Source: Macrostomum lignano
Lineage: Eukaryota
DNA length: 64,000 nt
Direction of reading: 5' to 3'
Assembly: GCA_002269645.1 (NCBI GenBank)
Contig: NIVC01001280.1
Coordinates: 186,001-250,000 of the forward strand
Positions 1 through 13,588 of the stretch are shown here, in pieces. How positions within the stretch are numbered: position 1 is the stretch's first letter; each line of letters starts with the position of its first letter. Under the pieces are notes generated by a model. That model saw nothing but the letters and a program-made list of their open reading frames with translations, made no database searches and was not told where the DNA came from. The translations under genes were made by a program, and so were the position numbers.

Positions 1-989
1 CTGCTAGAAGTCGACAAGCGAAGGAGTTATGTCAAAAACCGCCGTGATCTTCTGCGATGTGTGATGATCAATCAAGAAGGTCGCTTTTGAGAGGGGCTAC
101 AAGGATGTCGACGTGAAGCTTGGTCTTGACGAAGGCGGTGAATTTTTCCAATTTTGCGCCAGCTTCCTGCTTCGGGGTGGAGCGAAGCAAGTTATTCGAA
201 AAAGTCAACTGTTCGCCGATTCTGGATTCGCCGCTATGTGTATAAGCCTAGGAGGAATAACAGTAAGTACAGTAGCATCCGACATGAAGGTTGCTAATTT
301 CGCCTGTCGCATACTTCCAGGCACCTGCCACCTACCTATGCTGCTACTTTCTTATCTGCAGAGCTTCATGGCTGCCTGTCGCAGGAACTGAAGCCATACG
401 GCTCCTGTCTGATGAGTTTTGATGCTATTATCAGCAGCTGCTTTGGTTTCCAGCTGCATGCGGAGATCCAGCAGAAAATTTCGCAGTTCAAGACTGGATT
501 TGAGCTGCTTGGTCTGTCAATTCCTTTAAGTGCACGTGCTGCTACACCACGTGTAGGGAGCCTTCTGTAACATCACTGGTAGCTCACTCGGCATGTTCAG
601 CGAACAAGCCTTCCAGAGCGTGCACCGCGATTTAGCTGAAACTTGGCAGAGATGCTGTAATTATAAGCACAGCAATGTCCCATATGCGTTGATCGCAGCT
701 ATTGCTACCTGCAACAGCTTTCACGTGTGACTGGCTGGTTTGCGTCGCGAGCTTAACCGGTGCTTGAGTATACTGTAACTCCATTAGCCTACCGCTATGC
801 GCAGTGTATTTATGCTCAGTGCGCGGCTGGGTGGCCGGTCTGCCTTGGTTAGATTTTTGGAAGCGGAAATTGAAGAGGCTCGTTTTCAAGTTAAGCTAGG
901 CCAGCCAGGTGATCCCTAGTGACTGGCCTTATCTGCGCGAGCTGGTTGACCGGGTTAGCGAGCCTTAACTTCCGACCGATCGTCTGCTG

Positions 990-1331
990 CCAGCACTGAT
1001 ACCTGGCCACCCACTGTCCAGTTTCGGCACTGCACGACTACATCCGCTGCAATCGTGTTGTCCATCAGGACACCCGGCTTTGAAGTCTCGTAAACTTGTC
1101 AAGCAGTTTAAATCCTGGCTCGGCAAGGTGGACATCAGTGCGGTCGGGTTGTCGGTGCACAGCCTGCAAAGAGATTCCGCCACTTTGGGAATGCGGGCTG
1201 GCCCGAATATCAGAGAAATCCGGCGCTTGGGAGACTGGCGCAATGCTACCGTGAACTGCTATCTCTCTCAAGACGATGCGGCGTTCGGTGCAGCTAAAAA
1301 ATTGGCGGCTGTGGTACTGGCGCGGTTCTAA
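990..1331 (+). mobile_element. Degenerate tyrosine recombinase C-terminus of a DIRS/Ngaro-type YR retrotransposon, within PRPF39 intron 1
   Basis: Frameshifted translation gives CPVSALHDYIR (about 1014-1046), then VHSLQRDSAT...IRRLGDWRNATVNCYL. These match the CPV.AL..Y, HSLRRGGAT and LGRW.S....YI motifs of YR-retrotransposon recombinases. The element probably extends left of 990; boundaries were not resolved. Confidence 0.7.
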
Positions 1332-1774
1332 ACAGTTTTTTCTTTTCTCTTTTGCCAGTGGCTCTTGCTAGTTTTCTTTCTTGTGCTCGCGATTTTCGCT
1401 TTGGTTTCGGAAAGGCTCTGTGTGACCTACGTCCTGCTTTCGCCAGCTCTCGTCCTGTTTCATTCAGTTCCTTGTGCGATGACAGTGGAAGCTAATGGCT
1501 CGTTTGCGCCGCGGCGATAATAGGCGTTTGTGTACACTACTACTCTCCCAGCTTAGTCCACCCCCTCCGCCGGTGTTAAGTCACTTTGCCTGGTGGGGAG
1601 CGCCATGAAATGATTTTAAAAAATGCACATTCAAGTCAAAAACAGATGAGAACGAGAAATCAGAGTCAGGAGACAGAATTATATATCAAGTTGCCTAATG
1701 CCGGATTCGAACAAATATAAGTGCGATAAAAATAAAAAAGTTAAAACAAAGCTAAGTAGGAGCCGCAGTCTCAC

Positions 1775-2311
1775 CTCAATAACACGTTCCGGATGGCCGG
1801 TCATCTTCTCTGCATCGGCGAACTTCTTCCAGTAGCCATAGCAATATGGATACCTCCGTAGAAAGCGCTCGAACGCCTGCCTGGCCATCTCTATGTCAGA
1901 GGATACGCTTTGCTCCGCCAACTCAAGCAGCAGCGTCCAAGACGTGAAGTCAGACCCGTCATCAAGGACTGCCCGCCACAGACGGCCAATCTCGCTAGCT
2001 TCATCAACTGAAAATCCAAGCAAATCGCTAAGTGTAGAAGGGGCAGTCACTGGCATGCTGGAATCTTCTGCCATTGCGGCATCACTGGAAGCCTCAGCTG
2101 GCACAGAGGGTGCAGGCGATGGCGAACTGTTGGCAGGATTAGTCCTAGGAACAGAAGCGTTTTCTACCGCATCTCGTGCATCTTCAGCGGCTGGTGCATC
2201 AGAAGTGGTGTCAGCGGAGGCAGTATTCGGATGTAGCACAGGAAGTTCCCGGGCTTCGGATAGCAGCTCGCTTCCATTGTTGGCAGACTCCACCATTGTG
2301 CTAGTCGCCAT
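1775..2311 (-). CDS. PRPF39: Pre-mRNA-processing factor 39, first coding exon; the rest of the gene lies left of the window
   Basis: ATG at 2311. An acidic low-complexity N-terminus is followed by DFTSWTLLLELAEQ...ARQAFERFLRRYPYCYGYWKKFADAE, the first HAT repeat of PRP39. A GTGAGA donor follows ATTGAG at 1775. Confidence 0.9.
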
Positions 2312-3792
2312 GAATTCTGAAGTGAACCAGTAGCACTGATAAGGTAAATAATATAAACCTCAGTGGATCCTGAATGACACAGAAGATGCTCCGGTTTGCC
2401 CTGTAACTGTGACGGTACCATCCAGCTTTAGCGCAAACAGGAGGCGCGTTGTACACCCAACCTAGCTTCTCGTGCACTCATCACGTTTTCAATCTATCCC
2501 CTCCCTAGGGGTTTTAACTTTTAGTGGGATGTCACTAAACAATGTCACTATTCAAATAAGAAGTCTGCTTTGATCAACGTTTTCGCCAACATCCATCCAT
2601 ATTAACTTCTTTCTCTTCCTGCACCAAACTGTCTTAAAAACATCAATAACCACTACTTAAAATAAGTCAATGGATTGAATAATAAAAAAGACGTGAAATA
2701 TAACGTCTCAATCAAACCGTTAACACTAATGTAGATGAGTTATTTTTATAAACGATAAAGTTCATAGGATTTTTCTGCATCACATGAACAAACCCGAATA
2801 AAGCTAGAGCAGATATTAGGAAGTTTATCAACTAAATTTGCTATAAGACTCCAAATAAGCAGAATTAACAAGAACGACGAGCGAAATTTAACAACGAATC
2901 GTTTTGGTGCAGAACTAAGCAAAATCACATCATAAATATCAGGCACTGATGAACCGGCTTATGCTTGAGTAATTTAGTAAGGATGAAGCAATCAACAGAT
3001 TTTGGCTATTTTAAAGAAATTGGGCGCAGCAATAAGGGAGCAGTTCAGCAAATGGGATCAATTAGACTCAATACCAAACGGGGAAAGAAAAAAGTACAAT
3101 GGATTTTGATCTGGTCGCGTTCACCAGCTTGAGGGGACAAAGTATCAGCAGAATTTGCGAAATATGCTTGACAAAGGGATAAGAGACAAAGGATTTTCGG
3201 ACATCACATCACAGCCACAGTGCGTACGAAATCATCCGGATAAACATGCTTAAAACTGATGGATATTCTGAATTCTTAATTATAAAAACTATAGAATTCG
3301 ATAGTTCGGTAGTTTCAAATGGAAATGAATTTGGTCAAAAGAATCTTTATCTTCATGTAAGTTTTTGGAATATTCTTAATTTTTGTAAAACTACTTGCAT
3401 TTGATGCACTCCCTTTATGAATCAGTCTACCCAGGAACGATTGCGAAATAACATATTTGATGAAACAAGAAAACAAAATTGAAATACACAAAAAAGATAC
3501 AAGCAAAGTAAGAGCGCATAAAAACATCCACTGAATAATGCTCGGGTACGTGCAGAATCGAAATCAGTAAGACATTTAGTATAGGTGAATTTAGTGGCAT
3601 TGCAAGTGTCTTGTCTGGTCAGAAAATATCTGAACCATACTAATAAATCAAAGACAAGCAAGGTACAATTGGTAATATAGTTAGAATTACAATAAGAAAA
3701 TTGAAGAAGGTGCAATAAACCTGAAAATCGAGTTACCAAGTTAAACAACAATCTACTCAGCAGACAGGCTGGCTATGAGACAATAGTTAGAA

Positions 3793-6700
3793 TTAGGCTG
3801 CAGGCAGCAACTGAGCCAGTGCGCCAGCCCGCATGAAGACCCTTCGTAGTCCCGCTTTGATTTCTGGAGGGAGGTTTTGAACAAGAAGACAGTCGCAAAG
3901 CAACTGATAATATACAGTCAAATGGCGGCGCAGCTTGTCTGAGGGAAGTCGGCTGAGTCGGACCAGAACCAGAAGCAGAAGTGAATTCCAGGCCTCCCTG
4001 TGAATGTCGGTGGGCAACGACAAGTAGTGCTGCAGAGCGTCACTGCACATATTTACAAGTTTAGTGTGGATTAGTTCAGATTCTCGAACACGGCTTGGAT
4101 CGGAGTTCAAACGGAAAAGAATCCTTAGGCAGCAGCTCAGTGACTGGGTTTCCTGCTTCAACAGATTCGGCTTAGCTTTGCCCTTAAAACCTGTAGAGGT
4201 AAAAAAGATCATAATAAAAACATTTTTGAAAACATTCAATAGTGTTATCTTTCATAAGTTCAGATTTAGTTTGTATACCTTACCTGCCTTCCACAGCAAA
4301 TTACGCTGCTCGTGATCTAAATTGAACTTTTTTGCGAACATGTGCGATTCCATCAGACAATCTGCTAGCACAACCAGTTGATCAGTAGACAAGTGTCTGT
4401 ACATTCCGCGATCTTCGTCAAGCTTCTCCGCAATAGCAGGTAATTCTTCCATTGGATGTTGGGCCGATGCCCAGTTTTCCTGATCTTCTTTGCGACTAGC
4501 AGCCGGGTAGAAAATTATATTGTCAAAGGCTACAATTAGCTCAAACTGCACTACACACTTGATAAGCAAGCTATTAAATAGCGCTTGGTTACTGAGTCCT
4601 TCATCAAGCTGTTGGTTGGCAGACTTCTCAGGACTAGCAGGCGACCAGGTCAACAGTCGAGATGGCACTGTCCTTTCAAAAATCTCCTTCAGCGAATTAC
4701 AAGTCACTTGCCAAATTTCTGGACCGAAATTTGTTCCGTTGGAAATCACAAAGTTCTCAAAGCAGTTTGTACCAGCCCGAGCCAATTGCTCGTTGTCTTG
4801 CTGCACGCACCACTTAAGCTGAGCATAAAGCTCGTTTAACAAAATCGGGCACAATGTGTCGTAATATTGAGTAAAAACATCGACTATTGCGTACAGTGCA
4901 TGATTGCACGTAGTGTTCATCCACTCAATGCGCTCAGCAGGCGAGTCGGACATCTTGATCTCGTCAAAAATTCGAAAGATAACACCAAACAGTTCCTTCC
5001 ACCAGCTCTGAGTGAACTGGCCACCGTACGTCTTCATGATTTCGAACAACACCGTCAGTGAACGGGTTCTCACATCTAGCTTGCATCGACTGATAACGCA
5101 CGTAAGTTCAAATAGTATTGGAAACCATCCACGCACCCAAACACGATCATCCTCCTGTACGTGGACATCAGTGTCACCCTGATGGTCACGAAAAATCATC
5201 CCCTTTTCTGCAACATACCTCGCACAGACTCGAATATAGCGAATTGCTTCCATGCTGGTATCAGGAAACTTCACGTTACAAGCAAACTCAGAGAGAGTCT
5301 TCACTGCATCTTGAAAGGAATCTAGCACAGAAGAAAACTGCTTCTCCATGATCTCGGTAATTATTCGGATAGTAGTCTGAAAAGCTAGGTCCACAATTCC
5401 TTCCTCTTGGTCACTCGCTGCCAGAAAGAACACAGAGAATACATTTTTCCATCCAGATTTGATGTTAAAATACTGAGAATTAACCATTTGAGCGACGCAC
5501 TGCACAACCATGTCTCGAATGTTCTTCGACGTATTTTTCTTCATGATAATTTCAAACGGCTTCATGAAGTCTTTTTGAAAGCGAAAGTTTGGCAGCTCGC
5601 CCTTCTCCAAGAACTTCGTAGACAATTGGCGAAGGGAGTCAACAGCAAAGACGGCAATGTCTTCGTTAGAGTTACATCCGGCTTCGTTAAAATGCTTGCC
5701 AAGAACCTCCCAAATTCGTGACCACTGCAAGCGAATGCGACCCATGTTGTAGTAAGAAATCTCGACAATTTTTTGCAGGCTAAACATTCGTGGATGGTTG
5801 GAAACCAACTCGTCTCGTGATACTTTGCAAAGGGCATCGACAAAATGCACAATCGATTCACCATTTAGTCGAGTAGAGCCTGTAAATATTCTGTCCACTG
5901 CAACTACTACACTCTGCGAACTAGTCTCACCAATTTGCTCTTGTAGCAACTGGATCTTCTTGTGGTCTCGAAATGCCTCTGGGTCAATGCTGCTACTGAG
6001 GTTATCTTTAAGAGTTGCTGAAGAGCCAGATGCATGGCTTGCAACAGATGATCCTGTGATAAATTGAGACTTGACTCCACTTCCGATCAGCTGTGCAAGT
6101 TCAAGTGTGCTTATGCAGCGAAGAATCTCAAGCCAAGATCGTCCAAGGTAATTTCCATCTGTGTTAGCAACAGTGATTAAAGTTTTAATCGTATCAATAT
6201 TCTTTGCCTTCATCTCTGTTATGCTGTTAGCCGTCAAAAACGTGAAGCGAGATAGCGCTTGAACATAGGCATCCCGTTCTAGTTCCATGTAAAAGATACA
6301 TGCGATTCGGATAGCACTTCTAATTCCTTCAAGACATAGTGTAGAAATGTCGTGATCATCGGTGTCTTGCAAGCCCACGCTAAAAGCAGCCAGGAATGGA
6401 GTCCAAACGACTTTGAACATTGGTCTGGTGAGTTCGACATTCGTTGCACTAGTAAAATCAGAAGGCAGATGACTTACATTTTCCATTAGCTCTTTGGCGG
6501 CTTTGGCCATTTGCTCCATTTCCATGTGGAAGATAATCTTTCGCTGCTTCTCAGACGTTGGAACTGGAGTTGTTACTTTGGGCTTAGGTCGAGTTGAAGC
6601 CGACGTTGTCTTCATTTTTATCTCTTTGCCACGAATTTCATCGTATATCTTGCTCAGATATTCTTCGGGTAAGTCTCGTGTGTCGTTGATACCGCGATTC

Positions 6701-9006
6701 ATCTTGATGTAACTCTCCTTAGACATTTTATTATGGGCTTTAATCTGCGAGCTGTGTAGGTCGGTCGTAAGCATGATTATTGAGTAGGCCAATACGTAAG
6801 CGGCATCAGCACTGGAAAAAATCGTGTTATTCTGATTACACTCAAAGTAACGAGATGCAAATTTCTCAACTAAACGATCAATCTTCTGTGCCTCGCCCGG
6901 GAGTCTGAAAGACTCGAGAAACTTTCGAAGGGCAGACACAAAGTCCATGTTCTCAAAATTCTGCTGATCAACGTATGCATACATCACCTGCCTGCTATAG
7001 TCATCATTGTCACTAAGGAAGTCCCCAAGAACGGCCTGGTCAAGTCGCTCTTCAGAGCGCAAAAAATCCGCAACATCTTCGATTGTAGGGCCAAGCAGCT
7101 TGTTTTCTTGCAAGTACTTGATTCCCTTTATTGGCTTCTTGTTGAAAAGGCCGATTCCCGCCTCTACCATTTCTTTTTGCTGTTTTCGGACCTCGAAGTG
7201 GTCAACTGACTCGTTTGGGACAGACGGATTTCCTGAAGCTCCAGGTAGAGAAGACAACGAATTAGAGCTCTCACGTGAATCAGGATCCAGACTACCTGGC
7301 GTCTTCTGATCCGTTATTGTTGTCGATAGCTCAGATTTGTGGTACTCAACAACGTTTAAATTGCTGTGATTGTGCGGATTGTGATAGAGGTCACGGCTCC
7401 ATTCCATCATGCACTTAAGAATAGACACCAAACACTCTAAAGACTTTGTTCGCATCTGCTTCTCTTGCATTGGCGTGCAGCCAAGCTCCTTTGCGTGGGT
7501 TCCTTGGGCAGCTTTAGCCAAGTCCTTTACTAAGCGTTCAAAAATATTCGCGGAGTTCATCTCGCAGTCATAGTTAAGGTACAAATCAACAACGCACTGA
7601 GCATCCGAACAGATTCTTGTCATAATCTGGATAATTATCCACTTATGACCAAACGAGCTACTTGGATTCTCTAGGATGTAGAGGAAAATATCCTTAAAAA
7701 ATACCTCAATTTGTGGCTTTAGATGCTGCTTGAAGTGCGACAGCAAAGAAAGAAAAATTGCACAGGACAGTTCAAAGACTTCCTGGACGGATGAAACACC
7801 GTTTCTAGATAGAGCCACGCAGAGATACTGTTTAATGGCATTGGTGAATGTTTCATTCGTCTTGAAAACTGGTCCCGGATTTTGAAGAATGCTTAGGAGC
7901 AATTCGAGAGCTAAGATTTTTGATCGCAATTCGTGGGATTTCGGGTCAGGGTGACCTTCAGGAAGTGGCTTCATTGATAGCTTGCAGAGACTTCGAAACA
8001 CCAAGAATGCGTCTTTTTGTGAAACATGAGAGTAAGACAAACTTGAAATGTCTTCGACGCCATCCTTTAGCTCTGTCGGCAAACTTGATTCTGAACGAGA
8101 TGGAACCCTTTCAAGGTTGCCTTTTGCGCTTCCATCATCGTCTGGCAGACTGGCTGATATCGACTCTTTCTCCGAATCTTCGGCCGATACTTTAGGTTCG
8201 CCATTGTGAACAGATACCTCGGTTTTGTCAATTATCTCGTCGAGAATTCCTCGAATAATTGTTGCGGTAGCCTGCTTATCATCAGCACAATATGCTGAAG
8301 CGTCATCACAAACCCCTAGGTTACCTTCCTCAGGAGCATTAGGTTTTTCCTCTTTAGATATGTCGGCTTCCTCTTCGATTACTGTAGAGGCTTCAATTAT
8401 CTTGTTTTCCATACGAGAAAAAATGTCGTTCAGCATTTGCGTTAAAGTGGCCTTTGCAGTTGCTTGGTTGATGCTGCTTTTACTTACTAGATAGATATTG
8501 CAGCAAGTGCGCACAATTTTTAGAACATATCCTTCGTGCACTTCGACATCCTGGGCTGTCATTACGGTCAGCAGGACCTTAATGACTTGAAGCTGAACAC
8601 CTTCATCAGTTTCTGGCCCATGAAAACATGATGTGATTAGTTCAGTGATGTGTTCTATAAGTTTTTTTCCACTACCGTCAGCGACTGTTTTGTTTGGAAT
8701 GTGCCCATAGGCAATCAGCTTTTGCAGGCAGTCTAATGAAGTAATGACAATCTGAGCCGATTTTGAATGACACGCATGCTCAAATGGTAATAGATACTTT
8801 TCGTTCTCGAGAAGATTTGAATCAGACTTTAGAGGTGGTAAAACAGAGTTTTGGGAAGGACTGTTGTCTTCCTGTTCTCGTCCTTTAAGCTCCTTCAGAG
8901 TCCTCTCGCATAGTTCTCTCAGCTTGCTATTGTGACTGCGTCGAATCTCCTTCTCACTGAGAATCTTTTGCAAGGCACGAATAAGAAACATGCTAGCACT
9001 AGTCAT
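3793..9006 (-). CDS. ARFGEF1: Brefeldin A-inhibited Arf guanine-nucleotide exchange factor (BIG1/BIG2/Sec71 family), complete, about 1706 aa; exons 9006-4284 and 4190-3793
   Basis: DCB N-terminus, HUS box YLNYDC, Sec7 catalytic motif [18 protein letters not shown], and HDS domains. A 93-bp GTAAG...CTACAG intron (4283-4191) joins in frame to give LLWKAG|[17 protein letters not shown]1 versus BIG2 cannot be distinguished. Confidence 0.95.
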
Positions 9007-9869
9007 GGCCTCATATCAGACAGCATCAGCCGACCAGTGGTTCAGAAACGACAACACATTAGCAATGCAATAGCTAATTAATAAGGGCAAATAGAGTCCT
9101 TAGGAAGATATTTAACTTTAACATTCAAATTTCAGCCATTATAAAGCATTTAAAACAAAAAACTTGAAACATATTTCTATATACCCTGATTAGCATTCAC
9201 AACACTTATCTTAAATGACATAAATACATGTATATATAAGCTACACATTTGACTTTGACATGCCAACTCTAATGAGCTCTTGTTTGAAATAATTGGAAAT
9301 TTTTATTCAAAAAACTTTAGGCCTAGAATCATTTTGGTGACATCATATGACTAAGCCTTATGACAAGTCTTATAAACATGTGGTGAGTGTAGCATAGCTA
9401 CTTTGGGTTAACAAATGCATTAGGGAGGTTAAAATTTAAAAGAAATCCAAACAAAAATTGCAACAAATCAGTGTAGATATAATATAATGTAATAAAATAT
9501 AGTAAAACAATAACATAATAAAACAAAGCTTAAAAATCAATAATATTTATTAGACTTAGTAGTATTAATACTTATAGTTTTGTTTAAATTAAATTATAAT
9601 ATAAAAAAATTATGGTTACAACATAGTTTCAAGCATAGTAGTATTCCTATTCCAATTTTCTGCAGCCTAAAGAAAATTCCACAGATAGCTTAGCCTATTA
9701 AATATGATAAGATTTTCAACATAACTATAGAAAATTTAGTCTTTATAGCCAACTTGATCAATTTATTCAACTATTAGTATTGGCACATTTAAACTCACTT
9801 CTAGACTCTTTAGGTTCCAAGTTCTATTCTAACTAGCTCTAAAGGTCAGTTATGTTAATATTACATTAG

Positions 9870-10552
9870 ATATAGCTTTTTGTAGCCTATTTGGGTTTAT
9901 TATACATTGAATTTAATCTAAGATACATTGGTCAATGCAATTGAGCTTTTGTCTATAGTAGCAAGGCTAGTACAATGGCATTTAATTTGGTCCAACAAGT
10001 ATTCAATTTGGTCTAAACACTTGTGAGCCATTTGGCAAACTCTTGCCTTTTTGCAATTGTATATAGGCTGTTATATACTACTGGAATAATAGTGTCTCTA
10101 CCAACAATTTTCAATTGCTTTTTTCAAAGCTCTTTTGATAAACAAAATCTGATAACCAAATGAACCATTCTTTCAACAATTGTTGCATTATCTCAAATAT
10201 CAATAAAGGGTATGTCTCAATTGCATCCAACAGCAATTGGACCTAAGTATCTAGCAACTTGTCTTGATAATTGTTACCTTTTTGCAGGCAATCTATGCTA
10301 GCAGTTATTTCCTTATCCTTTAGGTGTTCACATCCTTTGATCCTAAGCCAATGGCACTCTTTCGAAAGCCTAGTATCTTGCTCCTTTGCAGCAGTTGCAA
10401 TTGTAGCTATGGACCAAATTGATGCTTGTTGAACCAAACAAATGCTGCTATGCCAACATTGCTACTATAGACAAAAACTTGATTACATTGACAAATGTAT
10501 CTTAGATTAAATTCAATGCATATAAGCCCAAATGGACTACAAAAAGCTATAT
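9870..10552. repeat. Decayed foldback/MITE-like inverted repeat (arms about 9870-10012 and 10411-10552)
   Basis: atatagctttttgtagcctatttggg...tttggtct aligns at roughly 85% with the reverse complement of 10411-10552. The mismatches are nearly all transitions. Confidence 0.75.
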
Positions 10553-11424
10553 TAGAATTTAAATTATTTTAATAAAAACTCTGTTTATTGCTGAATAATA
10601 TAGCCAACAAATGAATGCAATTAATGATAGTTTTACCATAGATATTAAAGCACTTAAAATAAAAATATTTAGTAGATCAATTAGCATGCAGACAATTGTG
10701 TATTATTGCATATTGGTGACTAAAGCATCAATAAATATTAGTATATAGATAATGATACATTAATGTATGTTAACTGATCTTTGTATATGGTCTTCTCTAT
10801 AATTGGCTACTAATCAACCATGTGATAAAACATGGCTTGATCAAGAGAATATTGAATATATATAGAATGCCAATGTAGCTTTAAAAAGTAAAACCTATTT
10901 TTACATTTTTACATTTTGCTAGGAGTTTGGCTTTGGACTTATAATTCATGTATTTATATATAGAATTCCAACATATAGAAAACATTACATATAAGTTACA
11001 ATTAAAGTGTTTCCTTTTTAAATTCTAATATCAAAACAAAATCAAAACAACCAATTTTCTATAAATTGCAAAATTCCTTTTGATTTTCCATAGGCAAGCA
11101 AGAACTTCCACATTGTAAAATTTTTGCAAGTAGTAAAAACACTAATAAATATTAATAGTCTAGTTCGAATCATGCATAAAAAATCATAGCCAATCAATCC
11201 CTATTGTCTTATAGAATAGTGTATATTGGAGCCATCCTAGCATTTAGATAGGACGGAGAAGTATATGCTACATGGGGCTACTTTGGTCTTATTGATTTTT
11301 TTATTGCCACACTTAGAAACATGGCAACTATGTCTATAATGCAAATATTTATCTATAGGCCTTGTCTATAAGTATGGACCTAGTCATTATTAGAGACATG
11401 GCTGCCATGTCAATGAAACTTGCA

Positions 11425-11545
11425 TAGTAGCCATGTCATTATTATTGAATAGGTTCACACTTAGAGACACAATGAGTGGCCATGTTGTTATTATTGAATA
11501 GGTTTATACTTAGAGACATAGTGGGTGGCCATGTTTCTAATATTG
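11425..11545. repeat. Degenerate tandem repeat of about 50 bp
   Basis: Recurring g(g/a)ccatgt...attattgaataggtt...acttagagaca units; partial copies at about 11310 and 11390. Confidence 0.5.
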
Positions 11546-12083
11546 GAGCTTATAAGCATAGCTGCCATTGTCATGTATATAATTATTGATCAGATAAAAA
11601 GATTAATTGATTGAAAAGTTAGAGTTTTTTATTTTAAATTTATTAAGAATAACACGAAATCATTTTAAAGTGCAGCTGCAATTATATATGTAGCTATTGA
11701 CAAGAAATAATTTCTTTGATAAAGAAATATCAAAATTAATTTAATCAAATTAATTTTTAATTAATTAGAAAAAAATGAATTAAATTTAATCAATTATCAA
11801 CCGCACTTTAAGATGTAATGCTAATCCTATTAGAAAAATTACTTTTATTTAATTTCATTTTTTAATTAAAAACTTAAAAAGCTCAAGGCCAAAAAATATT
11901 TGTTTGTTAAAAAAATTCAAACTAAAAAAAACTCCAATCACTTGGGATTTGAATCTAGCTATATGCAATCATAATGCAATCAATATATCTACTAAGCCAT
12001 TACTGGCTTGTGAGAGAACCTTATAAAACATTCATTTTATATTGATGATTATAGCCATGCCTATAAACTCAAATATTATAGAC

Positions 12084-13588
12084 AACAACAACAACAACAA
12101 CACCCCCTGGGATTTACTCCCAGCCTGCTGGGTAATCAGCAGGCCCTATCCGGCGCCGCGTCTTTGTCGCGGGGGGGGAGGCAACGCCCGTTCTTCGGGC
12201 GGCGAAGAGCGCCGGGAATCGGTCACCGCTCCTGGCTCAGGGGCGGTGGATGTGGCTCGGTCCGGCCCTCTGTGCTCAGCCTTTGTCGCTGGCTCTGTCA
12301 GCGGTAGGGGTTTGGTACCTGGTCCGGTTATTTCGAGCTCGGTCCGCAGTCAACAACAACAACAACAACAACAGAGTACGCTGCCGGATCGCAAAAGCAA
12401 CGTCAGATGGCATGCTTCGAAGCCTGGGCGCGAACAAAGGCTGCACCGCCGGCAGAGTCCAGGGCGCCGGCGTCAGCCAGCAGACAGTCGACGTAGCGCC
12501 GTGTCCTCGCTTGTCCCCGCCGGTAGGGTGCCTGCAACGTAAGTAGCAGCACCTCCTGCACCGGCTCCGGACAGTAGGCCTCGGCGCAGATGACGTGGCC
12601 TGCCAGCTGGAGTCGCCGACGGCGCAGCAGATCGCTAGGACGGGCCAGGCCGGCGCGATGATAGAGCGCCATGTTGGTGACTCGCTCGTTGCCGATCTTG
12701 AAGGCGGCGTGCAGCAGGCCAGCGTGCGCCGCGTCGACTCATACATGCGCAACGTCCAAAATTCGGTCGGCCGTGCGACTTAGTTTTAACAAAAATGCGA
12801 CGTAGTTTTTGGCCAAAAATGCGACTTACATGTAAAAAAACCCTAAAGCAAAATTAACGCAACTTTGGGTAAACGGCGGAAGTAACTATGACTGTCTTAT
12901 CAGGCAAAAATGCCTCGTCAGCTACTTAGTACTACTGCGTGGGTATTTTTTGGGTGGGCATTTTTGCGACTTCCTTGGTTGGCTGCCAAATCAGTCGGCC
13001 GGATCGGCCGACTCGGCCGACTGTTGCGCATGTATGCGTCGACTTGAGCCTCGAGCGAGTCTGTCAGCGTCCAGGTCTCGGCGTTGTATAACAGGACGGT
13101 TTCGATCACCGCCTGGAACAGCGCCGCCCTCTGGCGGTCCGGTAGGGCCTCGGACTGCAGGACTGACCTTATAGAACGAAAGGCAGCCCAGGCAAGTCCT
13201 CGGCGATGCCGCAGATCCTCGCGAATGTCAGGAACCAGACCGCCGAGGTAGACAAACTGCTGACATCTTGGAAGCTCACTCGCCTGTCCGTCAGCGCCTT
13301 GGCAGAAGATTGCAGCCTCGGTGTCGTCTGGCACGCATAGCGCGACGGTCTTCTGCATGTTGACCACCAGGCCGACGCTCGCCGCAATGGCAACCAGCCT
13401 ATCCAGCTGTCGTTGGGCGCCCTCGACGGTCGAGGACAGCAGGGCGAGGTCATCGGCGTAGCCAAGCACGCTGAGCCGTCTCTCCGGTTGGCGTCGACCC
13501 ACACGTCGCCGCAGCAGGAAGCCGTCATCGTTGGAAGGCAGAGCAGTCTGCAGCACCCAGTCAAGCACCAGAATAAATAGAATAAATA
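12084..13588 (-). mobile_element. 5'-truncated RTE-clade non-LTR retrotransposon with (TTG)n tail and a 3'-transduced segment
   Basis: RT C-half LFILVLDWVL...LGYADDLALL...FVYLGG...LLYNAETWTLT...RRRRLQLAGHV. (CAA)n tails at about 12351-12368 and 12084-12101. Flanked by a 10-bp TSD attatagaca (12075-12084 / 13589-13598). Confidence 0.9.
12740..13036. mobile_element. Non-autonomous hAT-type element (297 bp) inserted in the RTE
   Basis: 14-bp TIRs CATACATGCGCAAC / GTTGCGCATGTATG. 8-bp TSD cgtcgact (12732-12739, 13037-13044). Removing it restores the RTE frame EAQVDA-AHAGLL. Confidence 0.9.

Noticed and set aside
1893-2333. 146-aa + strand ORF
   Set aside because: Antisense shadow of the low-complexity PRPF39 exon.
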